Positions 11,166 to 20,516 of a DNA stretch of 64,000 nt are shown here, piece by piece; the first letter of the stretch is position 1, and every line of letters begins with the position of its first letter. The stretch is taken from assembly GCA_963666835.2 (NCBI GenBank), contig CAXXGO010000006.1, forward strand, positions 1,856,001-1,920,000, read 5' to 3'. The position numbers were made by a program, and so were the translations under genes. The notes beneath the pieces are model-generated. The model did no database searches. It worked only from the letters and a program-made list of their open reading frames with translations, and was not told the DNA's origin. This DNA is from Phycisphaerae bacterium. Its GTDB lineage: Bacteria > Planctomycetota > Phycisphaerae > UBA1845.

Positions 11166-14100
11166 CTAATCATCAATACAGATGCCGCTGTCGCAGTGGC
11201 ACGCCGGAGTGCCGGCGCAGGTCAGGCACCCTGTTCCGTCTACGAGCGGGGACCAGTCCTCCTGATCGAGACCACTGTTGCACTCCTCGCAGTCATTGGC
11301 CGGGTTTAAGTCGCCGTCGGTGTAGCATACTACGCCGATCGAGCACATTCCGGCATCGATGGAGTGGTCGCACTCGTCGTTCACCTCGTCGCAGGTGTCC
11401 GTTGTGCAATCCAGAGTGTCGGCACAATCTCTCGTGGTGCCGCCGCCGCATATCCCGGCCGTGCACTCCTGGTTTACCATACAGAACTCGGTGTCGCACG
11501 GCGTCGTGTCCGCGGCATGGTTGTCAAGGCACAGACCGAACCCGTCGCAACTGTCGGGATCCGTGCAGTCATCGTCGGTCGGATCACCGCAGGGCGTGCC
11601 GGCCGCCAAGTCCGGGTGAGTGCAGACCGCCGCCGCACACAGATCGTCCGTACAGTCGTTGCCTTCGTCCGGGCAGGCGGTGCCGTCGGGCTCGTTGTTT
11701 GCCAGGCATACTCCGGCGCCGTCGCAGGTATCGGGGTTATCACAATCGGAGTCGGTCGGGTCACCGCAGGACGTGCCGGCCGCCAAGTCCGGGTGAGTGC
11801 AGACCGCCGCCGCACACAGATCGTCCGTACAGTCGTTGCCTTCGTCCGGGCAGGCGGTGCCGTCGGGCTCGTTGTTTGCCAGGCATACTCCGGCGCCGTC
11901 GCAGGTATCGGGGTCATCACAATCGGAGTCGGTCGGGTCACCGCAGGACGTGCCGGCCGCCAAGTCCGGGTGAGTGCAGACCGCCGCCGCACACAGATCG
12001 TCCGTACAGTCGTTGCCTTCGTCCGGGCAGGCGGTGCCGTCGGGCTCGTTGTTTGCCAGGCATACTCCGGCCCCGTCGCAGGTATCGGGGTCATCACAAT
12101 CGGAGTCGGTCGGGTCACCGCAGGACGTGCCGGCCGCCAAGTCCGGGTGAGTGCAGACCGCCGCCGCACACAGATCGTCCGTACAGTCGTTGCCTTCGTC
12201 CGGGCAGGCGGTGCCGTCGGGCTCGTTGTTTGCCAGGCATACTCCGGCGCCGTCGCAGGTATCGGGGTCATCACAATCGGAGTCCGTCGGGTCACCGCAG
12301 GACGTGCCGGCCGCCAAGTCCGGATGCGTGCAGACCGCCGCCGCACATAGATCGTCCGTGCAGTCGTTGCCTTCGTCCGGGCAGGCGGTGCCGTCGGGCT
12401 CGTTGTTTGCCAGGCATACTCCGGCCCCGTCGCAGGTATCGGGGTTATCACAATCGGAGTCCGTCGGGTCACCGCAAGCCGTTCCGGAAGCCTCGTAATT
12501 GGACGCGCAGATGCCTGCCCCGTTGCAGGTGTCGGGGTTGTCGCAATCCGAATCGACGATGCTACCGCAGAGGGTCCCTGAGGCCTCGTGGTTATCCAGG
12601 CAGACCCCGTGTCCGTTGCACGTGTCCGGGTTTGTGCAAACGGTATTGTCCTGATCGCCGCACAACGTGCCGACCACAGAATGCGGATGCACACAATTAC
12701 CGGCTAGGCACACGTCATCCGTGCAGTCGTTGGTATCCGGTGTGCAGGCGGTTCCGTTTGCCTCGTGGTTGCCCAGGCACACCCCGGCGCCGTCGCAGGT
12801 ATCAGCAGCCGTGCAATCCGTGATGCTGGAGTCGCCGCAGAGATCACCGAAAGACGCGAAGTTGTCCATACATACACCCGCTCCGTTACACGTGTCCGCC
12901 GGGTTGCACGTGGTGTCGGTCGGATCCCCGCACGCAGTTCCGGGCGGATGATTCGGGTGGGTGCATACCGCGTTTGAGCAGACGTCGTTGGTGCAGTCGT
13001 TTCCGTCGTCGCTACAAGGGGCACCGTTCGCAACGGGGTTATTCTGGCACACACCGAGACTGTTGCAGGTGTTGGCCGCATCGCACTCTCCGCTCGACTG
13101 ATCGCCGCACGGAGTGCCCGCCGGCATGTACGGATGATCGCAGGAACCTGCGGCGCACACGTCATCCGTGCAATCGTTACCGTCGCCCGAGCAGGGAGTG
13201 TCGTCGGCTGCGTGGTTATCCAGGCATACACCTGCGCCGTTACAGGTATCCGGATTGGTGCATACAGTGTTGGTCTGATCACCGCAGGATGTTCCGATCG
13301 GGGAATTCGGATGATTGCATACGCCGGCGGCGCACACATCGTTCGTACAATCGTTCGTATCGGCGGTGCAGATCGTACCATCTGCCTCGTGGTTATCCAG
13401 GCACGATCCGGCTCCATCGCAGGTGTCAGGATCCGTGCAATCGTCATCTGTCAGGTCACCGCACGGAGTGCCACTCGTTTCGTGGTTCGCCAAGCAAACC
13501 CCGACGCCGTCGCACGTATCCGGATCCGTACACTCGTCGTCGATACCGGAGCCGCATGGTGTGTTGGCGGGTAGGTTCTGATGGTCGCATACCCCTGCAA
13601 GGCACAGATCATCCGTGCAGTCATTACTATCGTCCGGGCAACTTGTACCGTCCGGCGCATGGTTGGGCACGCAGACCCCGCCGTCGCACGTGTCAGGATC
13701 CGTGCAGGCGTCATCAAGTGGACTACCGCATGACGTACCGGCTGCTGCGTGGTTATCCAGGCATACCCCCGCGCCGTTACACGTATCCGGATTGGTACAC
13801 ACGGTGTTGGTCTGATCGCCGCAGGATGTTCCGATCGGGGAGTTCGGATGAACACACGTGCCGGCATCGCACACATCTACCGTGCATTCGTTCCCATCAT
13901 CGGTGCAACCCGTACCGTCCGCCTCGTGGTTATCCAGGCATGTTCCGGCTCCGTCACAGGTGTCGGGATCCGTGCAATCTCCATTATCCGAGTTACCGCA
14001 CGAGAAGCCGGCAGCTTCGTGATTAGCCAGGCAGACCCCGGCGCCATCGCACTTGTCGGGATTCGTACAGTCGTCATCCACGGTGCTGCCGCACGGATCA

Positions 14101-16151
14101 CCTGCGGGCAGATAGTCGTTATTGCACACTCCAAACGTGCAGGTGTCAGGACCGGTGCAATCGTTGCCGTCTTGGCAGGTGGCTGGGTCGGTAGTCCGGA
14201 TCTCGTACTCGACTTCCGCTCGACTGCCTCCGCTTTCTTCGACGATCACCTTGATCTTACGCGGAAGAGCTTGGGTTTCCGACGGTGTATACCGGCGCTG
14301 GTTCGTGGGCAGCCCTATCTGGTCCAGCTTGTCGTCCGAAGGGCCTACCCCCACAAATGCGAACGTGTAAGTGTTGATCCCCGAACCGCCAACGGTGGTA
14401 GCGGTCAGAATCGCCTGTTCCGGGGCGATTCCATCGCTGAGGCACAGCATGGGATGGTCGGCTGAGACCGCCAAGCTCACGGTACCTCCTCCGCTTCCAC
14501 CGTGCGAGGACGAGATGTTAATGCTCAACGAGCTGGAGCCCTCCGCACCGGTAGCGTCCGTGACCCGCACTACAATAGCATCCGATCCCGCTCCCGCGGG
14601 CGCGGAGTAATTGCGCAGAACCTGAACGTCTTCGAGTCCGTCCTCGTCGAGGTTACCCACACCACAGTCGCACTTGGTGAAGCCCTCGAGGAACTCGTCG
14701 TCGGCGTCCGGGGTGCAATCGGACTCGCGCGTCGCGAGACGACCCAGCCCGGTGCCATCGCGGAAGCCGTAGCACACCGTGTACGGCGGGGTCCCTCCGG
14801 AGATGTTGGCAGATAACTCTGTTATAGTATTCGGCTGAATCGCCGGACTGGCGCTGGACAGCTCAACGTCCAGCCGTTTCGGGGCGGCGACCGTCAAGGA
14901 TACGACTGAAGTCGCCACGTCTCCAACGCTATCCTGGACGCGAACCGTGATGCTGTCGGTGCCGGTGTCGTCGGCCGGGGCGGTGTAGGTCCGTTCCGGA
15001 GCGTCGTCGCCGGCCTCCTGGCAAGAGCAGTTGTCGTAGCCGGTCATCGGTTCGCAGGCGGAGTTTCTGCTCAATGCCGCCGTCGCGAGAGTCCCGCCTT
15101 CTACCAGGGTGTCGGCATCTCCCTTTTTGAAACAAACTGTATACGGCGGGGTGCCGCCGGCTACTTCCGCAGCGATGGTTGTGGTCCGTCTGGGAGCGAC
15201 CGTCAGATCCGAACTGAACGCCGACAGCCGAAGCTCGTCCTCCGAGCGCACGACAATCGGGATCGAGGTCGAATCGCGGTTTCCGGCCGCGTCCAGAACG
15301 GTCACTCTTATAGTGACGTTGCCGGTTTCGACCGGAGCGTGATAGGTCGAACGTGCTACGGTAACCCCGTCCTCCTCTGTCAACGGTTCGGCCGTGAATG
15401 ATGTTCCCTGAACACCCTCTACCGCCCAGAACACGCAATAAGGACTGCCGTTGCCCTCCGGGGCGACCACATCCAGACCGGCAAAGCTGGCCGGGGCCGC
15501 ACACTCCGTCGAGCTCTCCGCCGAAAACGGGCTTCCACCGGAGATCGCGGCCTCCAGGGTGATCTCCTCACCGGGGACAATCGTGCTCTTTGCCTCTGCG
15601 GTCGAGCCGGTAAGGGTCAAGGGTGCCTCGGGGCGGACGATCGTCAGAGTTATCGTCGACTCGCCACCTTCTGTCCTAGCCTCTGGGTCAGTAGCCTGTA
15701 CAGTCACGTTGACCTTGGTGCCGTCGACCCCAGGGTCGGTCAAGACCTCGTCGATGGTCAGAACGCTCGTTTGGGTCGGCTCGGTATCATCCGGAAAAGT
15801 GATGTCCAACTGGGCTTGCGGAACCTCGGGCGCGCCTGGTTTGGCCGCGAACCCCGTTTCGTCATTGTGATCCCAGTCCGCAGTTGCCACGGACCAAGTG
15901 AAGATGGCGTCTCTGGTGGTGGCGGCGCTGATACTGACCTTGCCAGTCTTGGCGTCGCCTCGGACCAGTACGGTTCGATCGGACGAGAGAAACACCGTTA
16001 TCGGGGGCAAAGGTCGCGGCCCGGGCTCTTCCCAGTCGTCAGCCGGTTCGTCCGGCACCACTAGTTGAGTTTCATAACACCCCGGCTGCAGCAGCAGCAA
16101 TCCCGACGCGAGCAGGATCCCGACCAGCAGGGTCGACTTGATAGAACTCAT
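11166..16151 (-). CDS. Giant (1661 aa) lipoprotein with Ig/PKD-like domains (GGTPPYT motifs) and a ~1000-aa Cys-rich repeat region (CxDGNxCTxDxC, Dictyostelium CTDC-like)
   Basis: GGAGG RBS before ATG 16151; lipobox-like LLLQPG-C; repeated GGTPPYTVC; dozens of C..D.N.CT.D.C..G.C units. Confidence 0.85.
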   Translation of the reverse strand: MSSIKSTLLVGILLASGLLLLQPGCYETQLVVPDEPADDWEEPGPRPLPPITVFLSSDRTVLVRGDAKTGKVSISAATTRDAIFTWSVATADWDHNDETGFAAKPGAPEVPQAQLDITFPDDTEPTQTSVLTIDEVLTDPGVDGTKVNVTVQATDPEARTEGGESTITLTIVRPEAPLTLTGSTAEAKSTIVPGEEITLEAAISGGSPFSAESSTECAAPASFAGLDVVAPEGNGSPYCVFWAVEGVQGTSFTAEPLTEEDGVTVARSTYHAPVETGNVTIRVTVLDAAGNRDSTSIPIVVRSEDELRLSAFSSDLTVAPRRTTTIAAEVAGGTPPYTVCFKKGDADTLVEGGTLATAALSRNSACEPMTGYDNCSCQEAGDDAPERTYTAPADDTGTDSITVRVQDSVGDVATSVVSLTVAAPKRLDVELSSASPAIQPNTITELSANISGGTPPYTVCYGFRDGTGLGRLATRESDCTPDADDEFLEGFTKCDCGVGNLDEDGLEDVQVLRNYSAPAGAGSDAIVVRVTDATGAEGSSSLSINISSSHGGSGGGTVSLAVSADHPMLCLSDGIAPEQAILTATTVGGSGINTYTFAFVGVGPSDDKLDQIGLPTNQRRYTPSETQALPRKIKVIVEESGGSRAEVEYEIRTTDPATCQDGNDCTGPDTCTFGVCNNDYLPAGDPCGSTVDDDCTNPDKCDGAGVCLANHEAAGFSCGNSDNGDCTDPDTCDGAGTCLDNHEADGTGCTDDGNECTVDVCDAGTCVHPNSPIGTSCGDQTNTVCTNPDTCNGAGVCLDNHAAAGTSCGSPLDDACTDPDTCDGGVCVPNHAPDGTSCPDDSNDCTDDLCLAGVCDHQNLPANTPCGSGIDDECTDPDTCDGVGVCLANHETSGTPCGDLTDDDCTDPDTCDGAGSCLDNHEADGTICTADTNDCTNDVCAAGVCNHPNSPIGTSCGDQTNTVCTNPDTCNGAGVCLDNHAADDTPCSGDGNDCTDDVCAAGSCDHPYMPAGTPCGDQSSGECDAANTCNSLGVCQNNPVANGAPCSDDGNDCTNDVCSNAVCTHPNHPPGTACGDPTDTTCNPADTCNGAGVCMDNFASFGDLCGDSSITDCTAADTCDGAGVCLGNHEANGTACTPDTNDCTDDVCLAGNCVHPHSVVGTLCGDQDNTVCTNPDTCNGHGVCLDNHEASGTLCGSIVDSDCDNPDTCNGAGICASNYEASGTACGDPTDSDCDNPDTCDGAGVCLANNEPDGTACPDEGNDCTDDLCAAAVCTHPDLAAGTSCGDPTDSDCDDPDTCDGAGVCLANNEPDGTACPDEGNDCTDDLCAAAVCTHPDLAAGTSCGDPTDSDCDDPDTCDGAGVCLANNEPDGTACPDEGNDCTDDLCAAAVCTHPDLAAGTSCGDPTDSDCDDPDTCDGAGVCLANNEPDGTACPDEGNDCTDDLCAAAVCTHPDLAAGTSCGDPTDSDCDNPDTCDGAGVCLANNEPDGTACPDEGNDCTDDLCAAAVCTHPDLAAGTPCGDPTDDDCTDPDSCDGFGLCLDNHAADTTPCDTEFCMVNQECTAGICGGGTTRDCADTLDCTTDTCDEVNDECDHSIDAGMCSIGVVCYTDGDLNPANDCEECNSGLDQEDWSPLVDGTGCLTCAGTPACHCDSGICIDD
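11585..12478 (-). repeat. Five near-identical in-frame 177-bp (59-aa) tandem repeats within the Cys-rich lipoprotein
   Basis: agatcgtccgtacagtcgtt recurs at 11641, 11818, 11995 and 12172, with a variant at 12349; unit CGDPTDSDCD[DN]PDTCDGAGVCLANNEPDGTACPDEGNDCTDDLCAAAVCTHPDLAAGTS. Confidence 0.95.
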
Positions 16152-16267
16152 CTCGGCAAACCTCCCCTTCACTACCGCGAAGCGCAGTTTCGATTACTTA
16201 CGTATCAGCCGGCATCCTTGCTAGTACGGATGTTCGCCGCGATGTCCTACCGACGGCGAATGCGAGG

Positions 16268-17302
16268 CTATTGCCCCGCTAGACGAATGAGCAGCTCGGC
16301 GTTTGGATTAATCATGAGCCCGCCGGTCCCGGGATTCCCTATAATAATCGAGCGTCGGAATCTCTGTCCGGCAATAACCGAACCGGGAACGGTCGATTCG
16401 AGCAGCCCCTGGGCCGGGCTGACCACCGCCCGCAACGAAGTCACGGGAGCGCCCAGCGTGCTGGTCACGGCCAGCAACTGCTGTGGCTGGTCAAAGGTCT
16501 GTGGAGCATTGAAATCCGCCCCGACCAATTCTATCGCGGCCCGGCCTTCGCCCGCCCGCACGGGGGTAAAGTCCCCGCTTTCCGCCCGCTCTACCCATCG
16601 GGTGCTCTGGGTCAGACCAAAGGCATAGACGCTTCGCTGCATAAGAGCCGACAACTCAGCCACCGCGTCGTCGTCACCAGGGGCAACCGTTGCCGGGGCG
16701 GCAGTTGAAATACTCTGTCCCGCAGCAAGTTGCACCCGACCCGCCACGGCGTCCGGGCGCGTGTTCGACAAATCGCCGGGAACAAAAGACGCGGTCCCTC
16801 GTTCAACCGTAAACGTTACCACGCCTTCTTGGGCGACGATGTGGACGATCCCCTCCGTGATGGCGACGCTGCCGACCGCTCCGCCGTTTTTGCCAACCAC
16901 GGCCAGAGACTCTGCCTCCCGGTTCTTCCGGGCGGCGGTAACTCGGCCACGCACGACTTTCAGGACGCAACTGTTGGGGGCCAACCACTCCGGAGCAGGG
17001 TCAAACCGGATCTCGGACGACGTTTGAAGGTGCACCGATGCTCCGGAATCGGGAAGGACGACGACGGCCGTACCGTCCTTTGCGGTGGCTAGAGCCTGGC
17101 CGACGCTGAGGCCATTCTCTTCTGGATGGAAAGACGTGGGACTGACTCGCGACGGCTCACCCGCACCGACGCGCAGGGCTCCGCCGCCGGTAACGACGGT
17201 GGCAAACGCGACCGGATCCGCAGATTGGGCCCGAGTGAGTGCTCCTCCCACGCTGATTATAACGGAAACGAGAACCAGATTGCCAAACCCTCGAACGATC
17301 AT
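16268..17302 (-). CDS. Exported FecR-like domain protein
   Basis: Signal peptide; pattern T-AKDGTAVVVLPDSGASVHLQTSSEIRF...LKVVRGRV...TFTVERGTA...LAAGQ matches FecR beta-domains. Confidence 0.65.
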   Translation of the reverse strand: MIVRGFGNLVLVSVIISVGGALTRAQSADPVAFATVVTGGGALRVGAGEPSRVSPTSFHPEENGLSVGQALATAKDGTAVVVLPDSGASVHLQTSSEIRFDPAPEWLAPNSCVLKVVRGRVTAARKNREAESLAVVGKNGGAVGSVAITEGIVHIVAQEGVVTFTVERGTASFVPGDLSNTRPDAVAGRVQLAAGQSISTAAPATVAPGDDDAVAELSALMQRSVYAFGLTQSTRWVERAESGDFTPVRAGEGRAAIELVGADFNAPQTFDQPQQLLAVTSTLGAPVTSLRAVVSPAQGLLESTVPGSVIAGQRFRRSIIIGNPGTGGLMINPNAELLIRLAGQ

Positions 17303-17323
17303 CAATCACCTCGATCGCGCGAA

Positions 17324-19663
17324 CTAGTTGAACTCGAAACCCACGGTAATGCCGTAAACCATCCGATCATACTCGAATATGGTCTGACCCATCTGGTCGA
17401 CCACGTTACTGTCGTCGTCCGTCCATCTGGCGTGGAGCCGGATCGACATTACCGACCTGTCAAACTGCGGGGTGTACCGATTGGCCAGTTCCCCCTCCCG
17501 CAAGACGAAAGTTCGTGACAGGACGAGCCCGTACTCTTGAACAAAATCACGCCGGGGCCGCCGGTGGAAGTCGATCAGACTTCCATGAGAATACTCGCCC
17601 CATTCAAATGACGCGGTCGCGTCCAGCTCCAACCCCCACGGCAAGGGTACTTCCACACCTGCTCCGAACTCGTAGGCAGTGCGGTCGAACTCGTCTCCCT
17701 TGGTGGCGTCCCACGAATACCGTAGCCCCACCCAGGGCGTCAGGTACCGTTTCGGGTAATCCGCATCCTCCTGACGCAACCCTTCGTCGCCGGAGTACCC
17801 CCACGGCTCGAGCCCGTGCCGGTGATAGAACTCCGCCAAGTCGACGCTCTTGTGCCGATGGGTCAATCCGAAAGCCGGATAGCAACCATCCCGATTGTAG
17901 CGTTCATCGTACAGGTCTTCTCGATAATCTCTGATGTCATAAGAGAAATAAAGGTCCGTTTCCGCGTGGCGGTCCGCCCAGAACACCCTTACGCTGGGGC
18001 GGATAACCTGCGACTCCAAGAAACCGGATCGTCCGAGAAGCGTGTAGTCGTAATCGTACTGCAACGACAGGTAGATGGGTCCGAAATCTCCCGTCTTGCG
18101 GCGGGCTTCGTACTGTAATGCCACCGCTCCACCGTAGGTTTGCAGGTCATACTCGTCCACGTCGGCATGCCACAATTGCGACATCCGCCCCTGGAGACCG
18201 AACGTGAGACGTTCGGTGAGGTCCTTGGTGTAGTCCACGGCTGTTGTCTGGTAGAAACCGAAGTCCTTTCGACGCGAGATGTCGCGCGGCATGTCCGTGC
18301 GCTCTCCGAGCAACACTACATTCGTATCGCGGTGAAATCCGCTGATTAATGACAAGCGCACGTCATTCATCGGCGGCACCACGGCCGTGGTCTGCCGACG
18401 CAGACCCGCAATCTCCTTACGCTGCCGGGCAACCAGATACGGAATGACCTCGCAGCTATGCGAACCCGGATTGCTCTGTTCGTCCGCCGCGGGCCGCACG
18501 TCCAGGCGGGCGGCCATCTGCAGATACTTCTCCGCCTCATCCAATAACTGCGAACGTTTTGCAGGGACCGCCTCCGCCGAGGCTTGGAACGGGTAGATCA
18601 GCCCGAGGTACAGAGCCGCGTAACTGCGCCACGTGCGCTCCGTCGCGGGATCATCTACCAGCTCCGTCATGAGGGCCTGTGCCTCAGCCAGTTGCCGGCG
18701 CCCCGTCGAACTCACCGCGGCCCCTTCGCTCGGTGCCCGTACGGGTACCGCTTGACGGAACAAAATGACGCCCCGGAAGAACTTGGCCCGCGTTGCCTGA
18801 TCGCCGGCCAGTCCCTCATCGAGCATCGTCTTGAGGATCCCGGTGGCGCGGGCCAGACTTCGAGACGCTTGGCTTCGGAGGGCCTTCACCGGTCCGGGGG
18901 CCTCTTCGCGATCGTAGTCTCCTGCGACGATATCCCGGGCATTGGTCTCGTCGATTCGGGCGATCTTGGCGTTGGCCACTACCTCAAGTAGGCGAAGCAC
19001 GGCATCGGGATGTTCCAAGATGCCTACCAGGTGCTGCAAGTCCGCCGCCATCTTGCGATAGTGGTCTTGCTCCTGTGCAGCGGCTTCATGGGCCTGCTCC
19101 AACGCACTTATGCGCAACTCGATCAGTTCTTCGATTGAGAGCTCGGCGCGGCGCTTGAGGGCATACTCTTGCCTCTTCAGACCGTTCAACATGGCCTGGG
19201 CTACGATAGTCTCCGCGGCGGCGTCCGCTCCGGTTGACGACTCCCGGAGTTCCCGGAGCTTCAGCCGGAGCTGTTCGATTTCCTCGCCGGCCGACTTCTC
19301 TTCCCCCTCGGCGGACCGAGTCTCGATAGCCTGGGCGCAGGCCAGCGCGGAACTCTCGGCACTTTGCTTCGCGCGCAGTTCAATCAACCCCAGTTCGCCA
19401 TAAGTCAATGCTCGGAACAGGCGGGCGGTTTTGTGGTCGGGCTCTCTGTCAATGACCGAAGTGAACAGCTTCTCAGCCTGCGTAAGTCGCGCGGCATCGC
19501 CCGGACCCATTGCCTCCAGGTCGCCTTGGCCGTCCAGGAAGCAATAGATCCCCTCGTTCAGGTCTACGAGCACATCGGCCGACGGACCTTCCTGGGCCGA
19601 GGACGTTGCAGTGAGACTCCAGACCACCAGCAAGACAGGCACAGCCAGGCAGCTTCGATCCAT
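17324..19663 (-). CDS. TPR-repeat plus C-terminal outer-membrane beta-barrel protein (Slam/DUF560-like)
   Basis: Signal peptide; TPR-like helices (ARLFRALTYGELG, AKFFRGVILF, AALYLGLIY); barrel begins LSLISGFHRDTNV; Tyr-rich alternating strands; ends YGITVGFEFN (beta-signal-like). Confidence 0.7.
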   Translation of the reverse strand: MDRSCLAVPVLLVVWSLTATSSAQEGPSADVLVDLNEGIYCFLDGQGDLEAMGPGDAARLTQAEKLFTSVIDREPDHKTARLFRALTYGELGLIELRAKQSAESSALACAQAIETRSAEGEEKSAGEEIEQLRLKLRELRESSTGADAAAETIVAQAMLNGLKRQEYALKRRAELSIEELIELRISALEQAHEAAAQEQDHYRKMAADLQHLVGILEHPDAVLRLLEVVANAKIARIDETNARDIVAGDYDREEAPGPVKALRSQASRSLARATGILKTMLDEGLAGDQATRAKFFRGVILFRQAVPVRAPSEGAAVSSTGRRQLAEAQALMTELVDDPATERTWRSYAALYLGLIYPFQASAEAVPAKRSQLLDEAEKYLQMAARLDVRPAADEQSNPGSHSCEVIPYLVARQRKEIAGLRRQTTAVVPPMNDVRLSLISGFHRDTNVVLLGERTDMPRDISRRKDFGFYQTTAVDYTKDLTERLTFGLQGRMSQLWHADVDEYDLQTYGGAVALQYEARRKTGDFGPIYLSLQYDYDYTLLGRSGFLESQVIRPSVRVFWADRHAETDLYFSYDIRDYREDLYDERYNRDGCYPAFGLTHRHKSVDLAEFYHRHGLEPWGYSGDEGLRQEDADYPKRYLTPWVGLRYSWDATKGDEFDRTAYEFGAGVEVPLPWGLELDATASFEWGEYSHGSLIDFHRRPRRDFVQEYGLVLSRTFVLREGELANRYTPQFDRSVMSIRLHARWTDDDSNVVDQMGQTIFEYDRMVYGITVGFEFN

Positions 19664-19780
19664 CGTTAGGTAACCCTCGCGCTAACTTCACCGGAGGGGT
19701 CTCCGGCTTCGTTGCGACCTCCAAACGTGAGCAGTCTGCAATACCCGAACCCACGAGCCCGCATGTCAAGCGGCGCGACT

Positions 19781-19990
19781 CTAGCTGCCTTCTTCGACGC
19801 CGGGCTCCTGGTCCGCCGCGATGATGGCGCTTTCCAGCATACTGGCCAGGGTGGTCACCGTGGTCCGAATGATAGTCGAGGTGGCGAAGTCCTTGAACTG
19901 CAAGGTCGTGATGCCGCAGGGCCCGCTGAGCAAGCAGCCGCTGGCCAGCAAGATCCCAAGACAACCGCGACGCCATCGGGCGTTCCTCAT
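19781..19990 (-). CDS. Small (69 aa) exported/lipoprotein-like protein
   Basis: MRNARWRRGCLGILLASGCLLSGPCG...: basic N-terminus, hydrophobic core, Cys, amphipathic helix; purine-rich sequence upstream. Confidence 0.6.
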   Translation of the reverse strand: MRNARWRRGCLGILLASGCLLSGPCGITTLQFKDFATSTIIRTTVTTLASMLESAIIAADQEPGVEEGS

Positions 19991-20043
19991 ATCGCTTCCC
20001 TTTCCCTGCCAACGCCATGACACGACCGGCGCGGCACTTTCAA

Positions 20044-20205
20044 CTACACGGATGCCGCCAGATTCTGCAGCAGAAAAATGGCCAGATCTGAACCCGACGA
20101 AAGAACCGCGCGAAGCCCAATGTCCGGATCAATGATGCACCCCTGAAAAGTGCAAGCACTCAGGATACATCCCCACTGGAGTATTCGATAGTAACGTGTC
20201 CTCAT
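20044..20205 (-). CDS. Small (53 aa) exported/lipoprotein-like protein
   Basis: MRTRYYRILQWGCILSACTFQGCIIDPD...: same architecture as the neighbouring small ORF and co-oriented with it. Confidence 0.55.
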   Translation of the reverse strand: MRTRYYRILQWGCILSACTFQGCIIDPDIGLRAVLSSGSDLAIFLLQNLAASV

Positions 20206-20516
20206 TTCACGTGCTGCCCAAGCAAACCAGAGTCGATATCTGTGTCCGCAGGTCAAATCAGACCGATGAGCTTACGGCTACGCCTGTGTGAAAACGCGCT
20301 ATGCCCAAGCCGGCTCGTTGCCGGACGACCTGCACGAAAACTCATTGAAGCAACGTCCACGGATATTGTCAAGCTCTATCTTACGAGGTTCGGCGAGGCC
20401 AAGCGGCATCCGTGTGCGAGCCGGTTACGGCCCAAGCTCGCGTGGCGCCGACATCCTGTCTGCATCTTCGGACATCTCGGTGGTCTATCGCCCGTCGAGC
20501 GGACGGGAATCCGGCG

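Noticed and set aside
11015..14026. Long Arg/Pro/Thr-rich ORFs (602, 328, 406 and 350 aa)
   Set aside because: Alternative-frame or antisense shadows of the Cys-rich repeat gene
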